A stretch of 64,000 bases of DNA from the human T2T-CHM13v2.0 reference genome, Homo sapiens. The notes beneath the pieces were generated by a model. The model was not told the origin of the DNA. It did not search any database and worked only from the letters and a program-made list of their open reading frames with translations. The DNA lies in the NCBI RefSeq assembly GCF_009914755.1, contig NC_060940.1. One strand, 5' to 3'. Positions 61,490 through 64,000 of this stretch are shown here, one piece after another. The position numbers were made by a program, and so were the translations under genes. Within the stretch, counting starts at the first letter, position 1. Each line of letters opens with the position of its first letter.

Positions 61490-61580
61490 CTTGAAAAGGT
61501 GACAGCGGAGGGACAATGACAACGGCCAGGCGACCGCGAGTGAGAGCGAGGGCCAAGTGATGTTCCGGGAGTCCGCCAGG
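61490..61580 (-). other. GNG13: GNG13 non-coding exon 1 and adjacent GC-box promoter
   Basis: Strong donor TTTTCAAG|GTAGGT at 61490; CpG-rich, with GC boxes at ~61597-61635. The 5' limit is approximate. Confidence 0.7.
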
Positions 61581-64000
61581 CAGAGCCCTGGCTGTGCCCC
61601 GCCCCTCCCGCCACCTGGGCCCTGGCGCCGCCCCCACACCCTCCTCAGGGCTGGGCTGACCCCAGAGATAGCCTGTGCTGCCCCCTCCCCTGGGCTCACC
61701 CAGCGGATGGACATGCAGCCAGGGGCCAGTGTGGGGCTGGTCCATTTTCCCTGAGGGGCCAGCTTGGGCCCTGGTGGAGAGGTCTCCTTCCACTTGAGGG
61801 GGTGGGTTCCCCCTCCAGTGTCCTGGGCCAGCCGGGAGGAGTGGGGATGGGGCTGGGACCCTTTGCCCTCTGAAGCCTCTGCAGCCTGCAGGGTTCAGGT
61901 GACACTCAGCTGTGCCCCCCTGACAGAGGCATCCTGTGTGGGCCATGTGGCTCACCCTGGGATGTGAGCCTCTTACTGCTAGGGGCCCCGGGGCTCTGTG
62001 GAGCTCCCTGCTCCGGCCCGATCCCCTGTTCCCAGACCAGTGGCCGGCACGGGGCAGCTCCCGAGGGCAGGAGAGTGCCGTGCTTTTCAGTCTGATCTGA
62101 GCTGAGAGTGGCGGCCTGAGGCGTCCCCAACACCGGTCCACTGTGGGTGCTCTGGGGCACGCTGCCTCGGGAGAGGTGCCCCCAGCTGCAGCACTTGGGC
62201 TCGGGTTGTGTGACCTCAAGGCTCTGGGGAGAGGGCTTCCCTTTGGGGCTCCGCACCTGTCAGCCTGCAGAGCTGAGACTGGCCCCTTTTCCTCTGACAC
62301 GTTTCCCCGTGTCTCCTCCCACCCTGCCCTTGGGTGTACCCCTTGGGCTCCTGTGGGAGCTGTGCCCTATGTACCAGCAGGTGACGTACATACCAGGCTG
62401 CATCCTAGGTGGGGGCGCCCAGGCAGCAACAGCAGCCTCTGGGGGCACAGGGCCAAGCTCCCCAAACAGTCCCTGCAGAAGCTGGGCCACCCCCGGGGAA
62501 GCGTGGGCCAGGCCCTCGGTGGGTGCTGGCAGGGCCAGGGGCCTGTGAGCAGGTCACTCTGCCTTCCCCAGTGTCACAGGGAACCGCCCGGCCTGCCTGG
62601 GGTGGCCCAGACCTCTGCAGGGGTTGTCGGGGAGAGGTGGGCCCTGTCCCTCTCAGGCGCTCAGGTCCCTGAAGTCACTCAGCAGGACTCCCTGCCAGTG
62701 TGACTCCGTGAATCGGGGCCACCTGCACCTCCCGCCCTGATGTGTGTCGGCTGGATCAGAGGCGCCTCTGGAACTGGGGCACATTAGGGAAGGGATTATT
62801 TTTATTATGGATTTGGGGGTGGGGTGGGGCAGCTTAAAGCCCAGGGCACGAGGCCTCCTCCTCAGGGCAGATGGTTGCCCCTCTTGGCATGGTGGGGGCT
62901 AGACGTCTCCCTGATCCCAGTGCCCGCCCTGCCCTGCCTGTGCCCCCTGGTGCTGTGACTCCGGATGCACCTTAGTTTCTGGGCTGCTGAGGGCTCTCCC
63001 TGTGGCTGGGGGCACCACTTTGGGCGCCAGAGAGTGGAATGGCTGTTAGGGGAGGGGTGTGTGCCACCCCAGGATGCAGGCAAGGCGGGGGGGACCCCAG
63101 GGCATGTCCCCCACGTTCCCTGGGACAGCAGGTGGCTTGGAGCCAGGGCCAGGCGGGGGAACACCCTGAGGTCCGCAGCTGAGTTGTGAGAGCTGGGGGT
63201 TCTGTGGCCACTCTCAGGACCCCAAGCGGCCTTTGCATCTGCTCATCTGGAAGGACCTAGGAGGTCTCCTAATGGGGTCGCCAAGGCTCCAGGTTCTGGC
63301 TTTTGGTCAATTCACTGGACCCAGTAAGGTCCCTGAGGGTGCCTGAGCTCTGTCCAACACGGCCAGTGCCCCCAGTGAATCAGGACACAGGTTGGAGTGT
63401 GGTGTGGGCCACCAGGACAGGTGAGACGGGCCGTGGGGTCACGTCCTGGAGTGAGCACTGCCCTGTGGTCCGGGCAGGTCCTGCCAGTCCTCAGCATCTC
63501 AGCAGAGAAGTGGCTGTGTGTACCTGCATGGTGGACCCGGCCTGCCTACCTGAGCAGGGTCTGGGTGACCCCCAAGGCCAAGGGCAGGAGGAGGTTGAGG
63601 GAAGTGGGGGCAGGGCCAGGGCAAGCTGAGGGTTTTGGGTCTGCTGCAGGCCCATGTCCCAGGCATGTGATGTGGGTCCCGTCTCTCACCCCACTTCTGT
63701 GGCGTTTCTGGTCGCTGGGGGGGCACCAGTCAGCCTCGGTGTCGTGTGGACCCCCAGAATCAGAAGCAGGTCCTGTGCTGACCTGGGTGGGTGCAGTAAC
63801 CTCTGCTCCCGTGTGAGGGGCTGTGAGGTCCCATCCTCAGTAAGACGGGGGTCTTGAAGACTGACTTCGACCTTCCTACCAAGGCTGCACTCGGAAACCC
63901 CCAAACACATCCGGGCGCTGACGCCTTGAGCTGGAGTCAGCCTCGGGTCTGGAATCTGCCTCCCCCGGCCCTACAGCTGGACCCGGCTTCAGCGATTCTC

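Noticed and set aside
60086-62300. 258- and 370-aa ORFs around GNG13 intron 1 and promoter
   Set aside because: GC-rich composition, no domain similarity and no consistent splice structure.

Overview
Human (or very close great-ape) GC-rich, Alu-dense DNA recognisable as chromosome 16p13.3. In order it holds: the first coding exon and CpG-island promoter of CIAO3/NARFL (minus); about 18 kb of Alu/L1/LTR-rich intergenic DNA; the complete MSLN gene (plus, 16 coding exons, 622 aa); its tail-to-tail paralogue MSLNL (minus, with an in-frame TGA, so a pseudogene) and MIR662 antisense inside one MSLNL exon; RPUSD1 (minus, 312 aa) and CHTF18 (plus, 22 exons, 975 aa) on a shared bidirectional CpG promoter; and GNG13 (minus, 67 aa) converging on CHTF18. 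I assembled the exon structures by hand from GT/AG sites, and for MSLN, RPUSD1, CHTF18 and GNG13 they sum to the expected protein lengths. Nearly all long ORFs in the supplied track are artefacts of GC content, Alus or tandem repeats, and I see no wholly new gene. The most interesting unexplained structure is non-coding. (1) One palindromic CTTTATAAAG appears to be the poly(A) signal for both CHTF18 and GNG13. (2) An interrupted ~50-unit GGGGCC/CCCCGG (C9orf72-like) array lies between the converging MSLN and MSLNL 3' ends. (3) Several minisatellites are seeded by functional exon-boundary sequence (GNG13 CaaX/stop, MSLNL splice acceptor). (4) VNTRs sit next to the MSLN cancer-specific promoter element and inside MSLN intron 14. 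Gene identities rest on my recall of the protein sequences; no database search was run.
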